DNA from: Candidatus Shapirobacteria bacterium
Lineage (GTDB): Bacteria; Patescibacteriota; Microgenomatia; UM-FILTER-40-11
Assembly (NCBI GenBank): GCA_020059745.1
Contig: JAGVBK010000004.1
Coordinates: 306,511-370,510, forward strand
DNA: 64,000 nucleotides
Reading direction: 5' to 3'
Part shown: one piece after another, positions 54,489 to 62,404 of the stretch
Position numbering within the stretch: position 1 is the first letter of the stretch
Layout: the number at the start of each line of letters is the position of its first letter
Position numbers and translations under genes: made by a program
The notes under the pieces: generated by a model
The model's database searches: none
The model's input: the letters and a program-made list of their open reading frames with translations, nothing else
What the model was told of the DNA's origin: nothing

Positions 54489-56005
54489 ATCTGGTTCACC
54501 TCAAGAAAATCCCGCAGTTTCCGATAGTAGTTTGTAAGACCCTTTCTTGTAGTGCTTGGGGGGGAATTAAAAGAGGAATTAGGAAAAGATCCCTGGCCTT
54601 CTTCATTTTTCTTATAAAGATCAAACAAAAAAGCTCTGCCTTCTTTTTCTATATGGGAAACTTCGAACTTTTCGGAAAGAAAATTGCCGATTTGCCTGTC
54701 TTTAGAAGAGCAGTTTGCATAGCAGGAAAAAACAAAAAAACGCCATTTGCCTTCAAGCGCATCATTTTTAATTTCTTCCTCAGACCAATAAATTTTTATC
54801 GGCAGCCCGGTTTTGTAACGAAAAAGCTCCTCATTAAAATCCCAATTAACGCCAATTTTTTCCGTGCCAATTAAAGGGGTAATTTCATCTATAAAATTGT
54901 TCTGCCAGAGGGATTTTTTAACTTGTTTGTCTTTGTAGCTTATAACCAACAAGCAAAAAACAAGGTTTAAGGCAAAACTAAAACAAAAAAACAACCTAAA
55001 ATACCTTTTTTTGTTTTCAAAAAGAATTACAGAGCTGCGGCTTAAGGTAAGGATAAAAAAAGGAGAAAGATAGTAGAGCCAGTAGGGGTGGGCGAAAGTG
55101 CCGTTTAAAAAAAGGACAATGTTTAAGATGCCAAAAACCAAAAAAACGAAAACTTCTTTTTTAATTTTTTCTTTAACAAGATAAAAAATGGGGAGAAAGG
55201 CTAGGGGAGAAAAGTAAATAAAAATTCTAATCAAGGTAAGGATAAAAAGTTTTAAAAAAGGATACTCTTTTCCTAAAAACTCATTTCCCAAGCTGCGGAC
55301 AAGATAGGCGGTAGTTAGTTCCTTAAAGCCGACAAGGAAGGAAACATAGGTCAAAAATAAAAGCAAAGTAACTAGGGAGGTGAGCAGATATTTAACTTGC
55401 TTTTTATCTTTATAAATAATAAAAAATGAAAAAAGAAAAAGGAAAAAAGTCCAATCAGATAAACTTCCGAAAACAGTGGTAAAAAAAAGTAAAAAAGTTT
55501 TAAACGCAAACTCTTTTTCCCACAGAAAAACAAAAACAAGGCTAAAAAAAAGTACCCAGGGTTCAAACTGGATTAATTTTCCGAAAGAGAGGAGGAAAGG
55601 GCAGAGTGAAGCAAGTATTAAGGTTAAATATCCTTCTTTTTCTCCCCAAATTCTTTTTGAAATTAAAAACAAAAGTAAAACTGAGGCCAAAGTAAGTAAA
55701 ACCGGGAAAAATCTTCCCGGCCAGAAATTTTCAAAGCCAAATAGAGTATAGCTTAAAAGGGTAGAAAGCTGAAGAAGCGGAGGGTGGTGAAGATAATATT
55801 CGAACCTCTCCCCGACTTTCCTATTAACAGGACCAAACTTTGTATTTAAAAGGCCGTATTTCTGGTAGTTCTTGGCTTGGATTGAATAGGTGGCGTTATT
55901 ATTGCCAAAAGGGCCGACAAAGGGTAAATTTATATCTTTTAGAAAATAGATAAGACAGAAAAGAAAAGATAAAGCGGCAATTATTTTTAAAAAATGGATT
56001 TTCAT
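54485..56005 (-). CDS. GT-C-fold glycosyltransferase (family 39 / ArnT-PMT-like), polytopic membrane protein
   Basis: 506 aa, >10 TM helices, with an N-terminal loop with acidic residues. Paralogous organisation to the adjacent divergent gene. Confidence 0.5.
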   Translation of the reverse strand: MKIHFLKIIAALSFLFCLIYFLKDINLPFVGPFGNNNATYSIQAKNYQKYGLLNTKFGPVNRKVGERFEYYLHHPPLLQLSTLLSYTLFGFENFWPGRFFPVLLTLASVLLLFLISKRIWGEKEGYLTLILASLCPFLLSFGKLIQFEPWVLFFSLVFVFLWEKEFAFKTFLLFFTTVFGSLSDWTFFLFLFSFFIIYKDKKQVKYLLTSLVTLLLFLTYVSFLVGFKELTTAYLVRSLGNEFLGKEYPFLKLFILTLIRIFIYFSPLAFLPIFYLVKEKIKKEVFVFLVFGILNIVLFLNGTFAHPYWLYYLSPFFILTLSRSSVILFENKKRYFRLFFCFSFALNLVFCLLVISYKDKQVKKSLWQNNFIDEITPLIGTEKIGVNWDFNEELFRYKTGLPIKIYWSEEEIKNDALEGKWRFFVFSCYANCSSKDRQIGNFLSEKFEVSHIEKEGRAFLFDLYKKNEEGQGSFPNSSFNSPPSTTRKGLTNYYRKLRDFLEVNQI

Positions 56006-56019
56006 TTTGTCTGTATAAT

Positions 56020-57606
56020 TTGCTTAAGTATATGATGATTAAAAGGTTCAAAGCAAAGAGAAGCCGGCAGGATATTTTAGCAGCGGCTCTCATAATGTTA
56101 TTTTTCTTTTTGCAGGTTAATTTGATTTTTAAAGAATCCCGGGTTTTTGATGAACACCTTTTTTTAAATGCAGGTTATCAGTTTTTAAAAAACAAAGATT
56201 TTACCGCAGATCCCTACAATCCTCCCCTGGCCCGGGAAATTACCAGCATTCCCCTTCTTTTTAATTTTAATTTGATAAACGACCCTTTTCTTTTTTGGCC
56301 AAGGCTTATGGTAGTTATCTTTTCTTTAGGCCTGGTCTGGATTTTATATACTTGGTCAAAAAAGCTTTGGGGAAAAGCAGCAGCGCTTTTAAGTCTTTTC
56401 ATTTTTTTGCTAACTCCGGAGATTTTGGCCCACAGCCATTTGGCCTTAACCGACCTTTTGACTGCTTTCTTTCTATTTTTAAGCTATTTTTTCTTTGATA
56501 AATACTTTATTCAAAAAAAGAACCCCGGTCCTAAAGAAAAAATTATTTTTTTTCTTTTTTTAGGACTTTCTTTGGCCGTAAGAACGGTGAATCTTTTTTT
56601 GTCGGCCCCCCTGCTTTTTTATTATCTTCTTTTTATGAGGAAAGAAAATATTATTAAAGTAAAAGATTTTGCCTGGGGTATTGTTATTGCAGTAGCCATA
56701 ATTTGGGCTACCTATTTTTTTACTTTTGAGCCGGCCTTGGGCTATAGGAGAGACCCAAACAGAGAAGCTTTTAATTTTGTAGAAAAATATCCCCGCCTCT
56801 CTTTCTTGCTTGAAAAACCAATTCCATTAGGCAGTTACATAAGTACTTATAAAAGCAATTTCATTTTTTTAAAAACAGACAAGCTTCCCAAATATGCGGC
56901 TTTCGCGGGAAAAGAAATCGGCAAAGGACCAGGTTATTTAACCCTCATTGTTTTTTTATTAAAAACCCCAATTCCTCTTTTAATTATGTTTCTCTATCCC
57001 CTTTTAAAGAAAGAAAAAAACAAGACTGAAAAATTTATTAAGTTCACTTCCCTTTTCATTTTTCTTGAAATTCTTTTTTTAGGAACTGATTTAAGGATTC
57101 GGTATTTTTTGTCTTTATATCCGCTGTTAACAATACTAAGCGGAAGGACAATCACCGATTTTATTAAAGAAACAAAAACAAAAATAATTCTTGCCGGGTT
57201 AGCATGCTGGCTCTTAATTAGCGCAAAAAACACCTATCCCCATTTTTTGACCTTTTTTAATGAAATAGCTGGCGGTAGGGATGAGGCTTACAAAATTGTA
57301 GTTGATTCAAATCTTGACTGGGGGCAAGGTTTACCGAGTCTTAAAAACTACCTGGAAAAAAACAAAGTTAACGATTACCAGCTTGCTTACTTTGGCAGTG
57401 CAAACCCAAAAGAGTACGGGCTTAATTACGAAAGAATAAAAGATTTTAATCCTCTGGAAACAAAAGAGATAAAAGAGTTAAACACAAAAAAACCAATTAT
57501 AATTTCGGCAAGTTGCTGGTACTATTGCGGTTACTACCAAAACAAAGAGTTGATAAATAAAAACCCAATAATAATAGATGGCCAATTTCTACTGTTTAAC
57601 AAATGA
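56020..57606 (+). CDS. GT-C-fold glycosyltransferase (family 39 / ArnT-PMT-like)
   Basis: N-terminal FDEHLF…DPYNPPLAREI loop motif typical of ArnT/PMT-type enzymes. >10 TM. 528 aa. Confidence 0.55.
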   Translation: MLKYMMIKRFKAKRSRQDILAAALIMLFFFLQVNLIFKESRVFDEHLFLNAGYQFLKNKDFTADPYNPPLAREITSIPLLFNFNLINDPFLFWPRLMVVIFSLGLVWILYTWSKKLWGKAAALLSLFIFLLTPEILAHSHLALTDLLTAFFLFLSYFFFDKYFIQKKNPGPKEKIIFFLFLGLSLAVRTVNLFLSAPLLFYYLLFMRKENIIKVKDFAWGIVIAVAIIWATYFFTFEPALGYRRDPNREAFNFVEKYPRLSFLLEKPIPLGSYISTYKSNFIFLKTDKLPKYAAFAGKEIGKGPGYLTLIVFLLKTPIPLLIMFLYPLLKKEKNKTEKFIKFTSLFIFLEILFLGTDLRIRYFLSLYPLLTILSGRTITDFIKETKTKIILAGLACWLLISAKNTYPHFLTFFNEIAGGRDEAYKIVVDSNLDWGQGLPSLKNYLEKNKVNDYQLAYFGSANPKEYGLNYERIKDFNPLETKEIKELNTKKPIIISASCWYYCGYYQNKELINKNPIIIDGQFLLFNK

Positions 57607-57636
57607 TAAAATGAGAGAGTAACCACAATTCGTCTT

Positions 57637-58875
57637 ATGAAAAGTTCTAAAAATGATGACAAGATTATTATCTCCGGGAATACTGTTGTTCATGAATCGG
57701 CGGGAGGATACTTATTTTCTGAAGAGAACGGCAAACTTTATGTAGCTCTTTTGATAAACACTGAAGGAAAATATTTTGTTCCCAAGGGACACTTGAGAAA
57801 AGGAGAATCTTCGGAGCAGGCTGCCTTAAGAGAGATCAATGAAGAACTTTGTTTAAACCAATTTCCTATTAGAAAGGTGGCGAAAGTAGGATTGGTTAAA
57901 TATTCATTTAATAAGCCAAATGATCCAAAAGAACACGAAAAAACTTGCCACATGTATGTGTGCGAAGTTCAAAACAGGATAACTATTAAACCCTTGATTG
58001 ACGAAAAATATGTTGAGACTCGCTGGGTTGAGGTTGGCGTTGCCTTGGAGAAGATTGAACACGAGAGAGAAATGTTATTAGAGGCAGTTAATTTGTACAA
58101 AAGTTATAGAAATTTATCTTCTTTTGTTTCTGAAACTGTAAATTTATTAAAAAAAACTTTAATGAATAACCTTCTAGCCATAATTGACTCTGGAAGTTAT
58201 TCCTCAGGGGGATATAAACCTAATTGGAGCGATATAGATTTACTGCTTGTAGTGAAAAAGTTAGATACTCCAACAAAGTTAAAAGTTGCACAGGTCTCGT
58301 CACGGTTGAAAGGGAATTACAATATTGATTTAGGACTAAACATTATTACAGGAAAAGATTATTCATCTCCAATAAATCCGACAGCAACATTGGCGGGAAA
58401 GACTCTTCAGGCATTACTTGAAATGTCTTTAGACGATAAACGAATTATTTATATTGTTGATGAATTGGGGAAGGCTTATATTCCTTCCCAAAATGAAATT
58501 AAGGAATTTAGCTACTCTGATATTGCAAAGTTTGTAATTTTGAATAGAAAGGCTTTAACGTCATCAGAGGTTAACAACCCTGAAAAGTTTAAGAAAATTG
58601 TTGAAAAACAAATTAGATACGCATTTATTATGATGAAGCTTGCAATTCAGTACTATGAGATAAACCTATATGAAACCAAGTTAGATATTTTAACTTCAGC
58701 AAAAAGAAAATTTACAGATTATGACTTTTTGTCAATGGGAAAAATTTTAGAAGTAACTAAAAATTGGTCTTTAATTGTGGAAAAGAAAGACCTTTTGGCT
58801 GTTTTAAAAATTGTTGATGATTTTATCGAAAATTTCTCTAAATATTTTTTTTTGAAAGTATCTTTAAAAAAATGA
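57637..58875 (+). CDS. Fusion protein: N-terminal Nudix hydrolase + Pol-beta-superfamily minimal nucleotidyltransferase + helical C-terminal domain
   Basis: Nudix box GHLRKGESSEQAALREINEELCL (Gx5Ex7REUxEExGU). NTase motif IIDSGSYSSGGYKPNWSDIDLLLVV (GSx9-13DxD). ~150-aa alpha-helical C-terminus, as in KNTase/ANT-type enzymes. Confidence 0.6.
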   Translation: MKSSKNDDKIIISGNTVVHESAGGYLFSEENGKLYVALLINTEGKYFVPKGHLRKGESSEQAALREINEELCLNQFPIRKVAKVGLVKYSFNKPNDPKEHEKTCHMYVCEVQNRITIKPLIDEKYVETRWVEVGVALEKIEHEREMLLEAVNLYKSYRNLSSFVSETVNLLKKTLMNNLLAIIDSGSYSSGGYKPNWSDIDLLLVVKKLDTPTKLKVAQVSSRLKGNYNIDLGLNIITGKDYSSPINPTATLAGKTLQALLEMSLDDKRIIYIVDELGKAYIPSQNEIKEFSYSDIAKFVILNRKALTSSEVNNPEKFKKIVEKQIRYAFIMMKLAIQYYEINLYETKLDILTSAKRKFTDYDFLSMGKILEVTKNWSLIVEKKDLLAVLKIVDDFIENFSKYFFLKVSLKK

Positions 58876-60017
58876 AAAATGTTAGAGCAGTTCAAAACGT
58901 CCTCTTTGAAAAATACAGAAATTTCCCTCCGTTTCTAACAATCGTTGAGAAAAAATTAGGTGAAACAATTGTTTCTGTAGAAGACTTGTTTAAGTTTTAT
59001 GGAATTAAATCAAACAACATCATTATAACAACTATTGATAAAAAAAGATCTTTGAAACGATATGTACTAAAACGTTCTTCGGCAGAAAATATAGTTAATG
59101 AATTTAGGGGTACTGAGTTAATTTCAAAATACTTACCTGTGGCTAAAGTTTTATTTACGTTTAAAGTCAGCGGTGAGTCATGGTTACTCAGGGATTATAT
59201 ATCTGGAGTATCGATGGCAGATATCACGAATTACTTTGAGCAGTTAAAAAAAATCCAGCAATTGCTAGAGCTTGAAAGAGAAAAAGAAAGAATAATAGTA
59301 AATGGATATATAAAACTTGAAAATAAAATAAATAGTAAAGACTATTTAGTTTTACCTACTAATAAATTATTTCACCAGAGATTACTGGGTGAACGTTATA
59401 GAGACTTTTTTATAGATGGAGAATTCATGTCTCTATATATAAATAAAAGAGTTGTTTTAAATGGCAGAAAGTTTCCTTTAACTTTAGCCGAGATATTTCA
59501 GAACCTCAAGGAGAAATATTCTCAAACTAGAGAAATGGCTGTATTTCCTGGCCATGGAGATGGGCATCACGGAAATATGTTGGTGTCTAACGAAGGAAAA
59601 ATTACTTTTTTCGACAACGAGTATTCGTGTATCATGCCTTCATATATGGATCTATCAAAGCCATACTATAATGATTTACTAGGAATGTTATTCTATTACT
59701 TTCATGATAGATTATTAGATTATTTTAGTATTAAATCTTATGACGAGGGCAAAACAACATTAAATTTGAAGATTAAGTTGAACAAAAAGATTGGCACAAG
59801 AATGGAGATTACCAAAATCAAGCTGCAAGAAAGGCGGAATTTTCTTAAGGATAGCCAAAACTATTTAAAATTAAATGACTATCTTTTTATGTGCCATACA
59901 CTAAATAAAAATCCGAATTTATTTCCTAAGAAAATTCTTGTAATCTTCCTAGCATTCAGCGAAATTTTAAATGAATTTGATTCTTTCAACCCCGAATCAA
60001 TTTATTCTTATTTTTAA
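58872..60017 (+). CDS. Protein-kinase-like phosphotransferase (APH/choline-kinase family)
   Basis: Catalytic loop HGDGHHGNMLV (Brenner-type HGDxHxxN) and an FFDNEYS (DFG-equivalent) motif. 381 aa. Overlaps the upstream gene by 4 bp. Confidence 0.55.
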   Translation: MKNVRAVQNVLFEKYRNFPPFLTIVEKKLGETIVSVEDLFKFYGIKSNNIIITTIDKKRSLKRYVLKRSSAENIVNEFRGTELISKYLPVAKVLFTFKVSGESWLLRDYISGVSMADITNYFEQLKKIQQLLELEREKERIIVNGYIKLENKINSKDYLVLPTNKLFHQRLLGERYRDFFIDGEFMSLYINKRVVLNGRKFPLTLAEIFQNLKEKYSQTREMAVFPGHGDGHHGNMLVSNEGKITFFDNEYSCIMPSYMDLSKPYYNDLLGMLFYYFHDRLLDYFSIKSYDEGKTTLNLKIKLNKKIGTRMEITKIKLQERRNFLKDSQNYLKLNDYLFMCHTLNKNPNLFPKKILVIFLAFSEILNEFDSFNPESIYSYF

Positions 60018-60044
60018 GAATTAATTTGATATAATAATCATTAA

Positions 60045-60803
60045 ATGATAGAAAGAAACGTGATAGGAGAAAACGATTGGGAGTCAGTTGCTTTAGGAAA
60101 TACAATAGAAATAAAATCGACCGACGGCCTTGAAGTCAAAATCTTAAACCCAGAAAACATAAAGAATGTTTTAAGTCAAGCAAACTTCTCAAAGCCTCTG
60201 TTTATTTTTATTTCCGGAACAAGCGAATCTGGTAAAAGTACATTTGGTAAACTAGCTGTCAAAACGGGCATAGCACATAGACTTAAAATATATAAAACTC
60301 TTGCTGAAATGTCAGGAGAGAAGGGATTGCCCGAGATGGTGGATAATCCATTTAATTACGCAACCAGTATTGCAACGAACCAAGAACTTGTTGAAGAAGT
60401 AAGCAATAAAATCTTAGAAAATTATGTAGGTTTGATGCAACAAACAGATATACCGATAGCCGTAGTTGAGACAATCAAACATCAGTGGATGGTCGAGCAA
60501 TTTAGGGGGGATTCAAGCATTAGATTTTTATCAATATTTATAGATGCAGATTTAGAAAAAAGAATTGTGAGAGAATCTAAAAAGTCTGGTAAGTCCATAG
60601 ACATTGTAAGATCTGAGGTTCACAAAAAGGATGTAATGAAACAAACTTTGGGTTCGGAAGAGGTTGAGAATTCGGCCGATATATATATTTCAAACAACGG
60701 AAGCCTTGAATCATATGAAGATATGATACTTTCTTTCCTAAAAATTCTGCGAAGTCATTCAATAATTTATTCGGGCGAAGCTCACGATTATTCCTTGGAT
60801 TGA
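60045..60803 (+). CDS. P-loop NTPase, nucleotide/nucleoside-kinase-like
   Basis: Walker A ISGTSESGKST after a ~55-aa N-terminal extension. DAD…R region resembles the CMP/dephospho-CoA kinase fold. 252 aa. Confidence 0.45.
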   Translation: MIERNVIGENDWESVALGNTIEIKSTDGLEVKILNPENIKNVLSQANFSKPLFIFISGTSESGKSTFGKLAVKTGIAHRLKIYKTLAEMSGEKGLPEMVDNPFNYATSIATNQELVEEVSNKILENYVGLMQQTDIPIAVVETIKHQWMVEQFRGDSSIRFLSIFIDADLEKRIVRESKKSGKSIDIVRSEVHKKDVMKQTLGSEEVENSADIYISNNGSLESYEDMILSFLKILRSHSIIYSGEAHDYSLD

Positions 60804-60804
60804 C

Positions 60805-61479
60805 ATGATAGAAATTTCTTCTTCTTTCGTTGAAACGGTTGAATCATCAGTTGGCAGGGAAGATTTTGGTTTCAATAATAAATTTGGCCTAATGCTTATT
60901 GGCCACGATGCAATAAATTTAGATATTACTGAATTTATTATTTCATATACCCTAGGTCGTCTCAAAATTAGTTCGCCCAGTGTGGAACTCGCGGGAGTGA
61001 TAATATTGGCTTCAATTTCCAGAGAACAAACCAGAGAGATTTATCCCGAACTAGAAGGAAAATTATTTGAAGCATTTGTAAATGCTTTTGAAAAAGAGGA
61101 AAGTGTTTTAGTCGTATTCCAACAAACTGACCCCATGAATAAAGAATACGATTTTATTTCGGAAATAAACAAAATAAAGGGAAAAATTAAAAAGCATAAA
61201 CCTAGAGGAGAAAGCACGGGATGGAAAGATTCAATTCGAGGAGCAACTCCGTTACCGGGCGATAGAGCAAGATATGAAGAAGTCGGTAAAAAAATCGATG
61301 AAGGAAATCTTTCTCTCGAGGATTATCTCAAACTTACACATCATCTGGTTCACAGCCCCGATAATGCTGAAGAGATAGCGGGGCTTTATTTATTAATTGG
61401 AGAAGATTATAAAAAAGAAATTTTTGGTGATAATGTCGAAAATTTTGACATGTGGGTCCAAAAAATTGTAACTAAATAG
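60805..61479 (+). CDS. Hypothetical protein, last gene of the Nudix-NTase operon
   Basis: 224-aa ORF starting 1 bp after the previous stop. No recognisable motif. Confidence 0.35.
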   Translation: MIEISSSFVETVESSVGREDFGFNNKFGLMLIGHDAINLDITEFIISYTLGRLKISSPSVELAGVIILASISREQTREIYPELEGKLFEAFVNAFEKEESVLVVFQQTDPMNKEYDFISEINKIKGKIKKHKPRGESTGWKDSIRGATPLPGDRARYEEVGKKIDEGNLSLEDYLKLTHHLVHSPDNAEEIAGLYLLIGEDYKKEIFGDNVENFDMWVQKIVTK

Positions 61480-61506
61480 GAAATATTTTTTTAAAATACA
61501 AAAATT

Positions 61507-61595
61507 TGGTGACCCCACCCGGATTCGAACCCCGTAAAACTTTACCTTTCGTTCGAAGAACTCAAGGGGCAGTTGACGGGGCAGGCCGGGGTTAG
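61507..61595 (-). ncRNA. tRNA-like element (canonical T-loop + 3' ACCA) that does not fold into a standard cloverleaf
   Basis: The minus strand ends …ACGGGGTTCGAATCCGGGTGGGGTCACCA, a T-loop followed by a 7-nt acceptor-like strand, a discriminator and CCA. The T-stem has two G·G mismatches, and no 5-bp/7-nt anticodon arm could be found in the 89 nt between tRNA-Glu and the CCA. Confidence 0.3.
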
Positions 61596-61668
61596 TGACG
61601 CCTATGGGAGTCGAACCCATGTTACAAGGATGAGAACCTTGCGTCCTAGGCCACTAGACGAAGGCGCC
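61596..61668 (-). tRNA. tRNA-Glu (anticodon CTC), CCA not encoded
   Basis: Minus-strand cloverleaf: acceptor GGCGCCU/AGGCGUC, D-arm UUCGUCUAGUGGCCUAGGAC (as in bacterial tRNA-Glu), anticodon stem-loop CAAGG-UUCUCAU-CCUUG, T-arm AUGGG-UUCGACU-CCCAU, discriminator A. Confidence 0.8.
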
Positions 61669-61761
61669 GCGTAAAATTCACTTCGTTCATGACGCGGTGA
61701 ACCGGCGTAAGTTTATCGCGTCCTACGCGGCTTCACACGCGGAAAGTTAATTAGCCTTGTT

Positions 61762-61813
61762 ATTATACCAATTTTAGGTAGATATTGACAAATAGATTTT
61801 TAAGCCTTATTAT
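61762..61813. promoter_or_regulatory. Back-to-back divergent sigma70-like promoters sharing a palindromic -35 (TTGACAA)
   Basis: + strand: TTGACA (61785-90), 17 bp, TATTAT (61808-13), upstream of greA. - strand: TTGTCA (61791-86), 18 bp, TATAAT (61767-62), upstream of tRNA-Glu with a GC-rich ~85-nt leader. Confidence 0.4.
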
Positions 61814-61899
61814 CACCAAGTATTAGGAAAAACTAGGCATAGTGGCGGAGCCACTTTTTTGTTTTCCCGAAATTTTTAATTTTTGTAAAATATTTAACT

Positions 61900-62364
61900 A
61901 TGGAAGAAAAAGTATACTTAACAAAAGAAGGGATGGAAAAGCTTAATGAAGAGCTAAAATCCCTTAAAGAAAAAGAAAGGCCGGAAACAGTAGAAAGACT
62001 TGCCCTGGCAAGAATGCAGGGTGATTTAAGCGAAAATACCGAATATGCTGCCGCCCGAGATGCTCTTGCGTTTATAGACGGCAGGATTGAAGAAATTGAG
62101 GAGATTCTTAAAAACGTAGTTTTGATTGAAGAAAAAAACGGGCCCAAAGAAAGTGTTGATGTTGGTTGCAAAGTGACAGTCAGAACAAACGGCAGTGAGC
62201 ATGTTTATCACATCGTTGGCGAATGGGAAGCTGATCCTTCTAAGAAAAAGGTTTCTCCTTCTTCACCATTAGGTCAGGCTTTGATTGGCAGAAGAGCTGG
62301 AGAAGAAGTTGAGTTTGAAGCTCCGGCAGGCAAAGTCGTTTTTACCGTGGTTAAGATTGACTGA
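61900..62364 (+). CDS. greA: Transcription elongation factor GreA
   Basis: N-terminal coiled-coil with the acidic tip (…RMQGDLSENTEYAAARD…), C-terminal FKBP-like domain. 154 aa. Confidence 0.85.
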   Translation: MEEKVYLTKEGMEKLNEELKSLKEKERPETVERLALARMQGDLSENTEYAAARDALAFIDGRIEEIEEILKNVVLIEEKNGPKESVDVGCKVTVRTNGSEHVYHIVGEWEADPSKKKVSPSSPLGQALIGRRAGEEVEFEAPAGKVVFTVVKID

Positions 62365-62404
62365 TCTTAACACTGCCTTCTATTTGTGCTAAAATCTCCC
62401 TTAA

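Noticed and set aside
61507-61595. Calling the tRNA-like element a canonical tRNA (for example tRNA-Gly via the CTGCCCC loop)
   Set aside because: The only anticodon-like hairpin (loop CUGCCCC) sits too close to the 5' boundary to leave room for acceptor and D arms. The T-stem has two G·G mismatches, and no D-arm can be paired. Reported as tRNA-like or degenerate instead.
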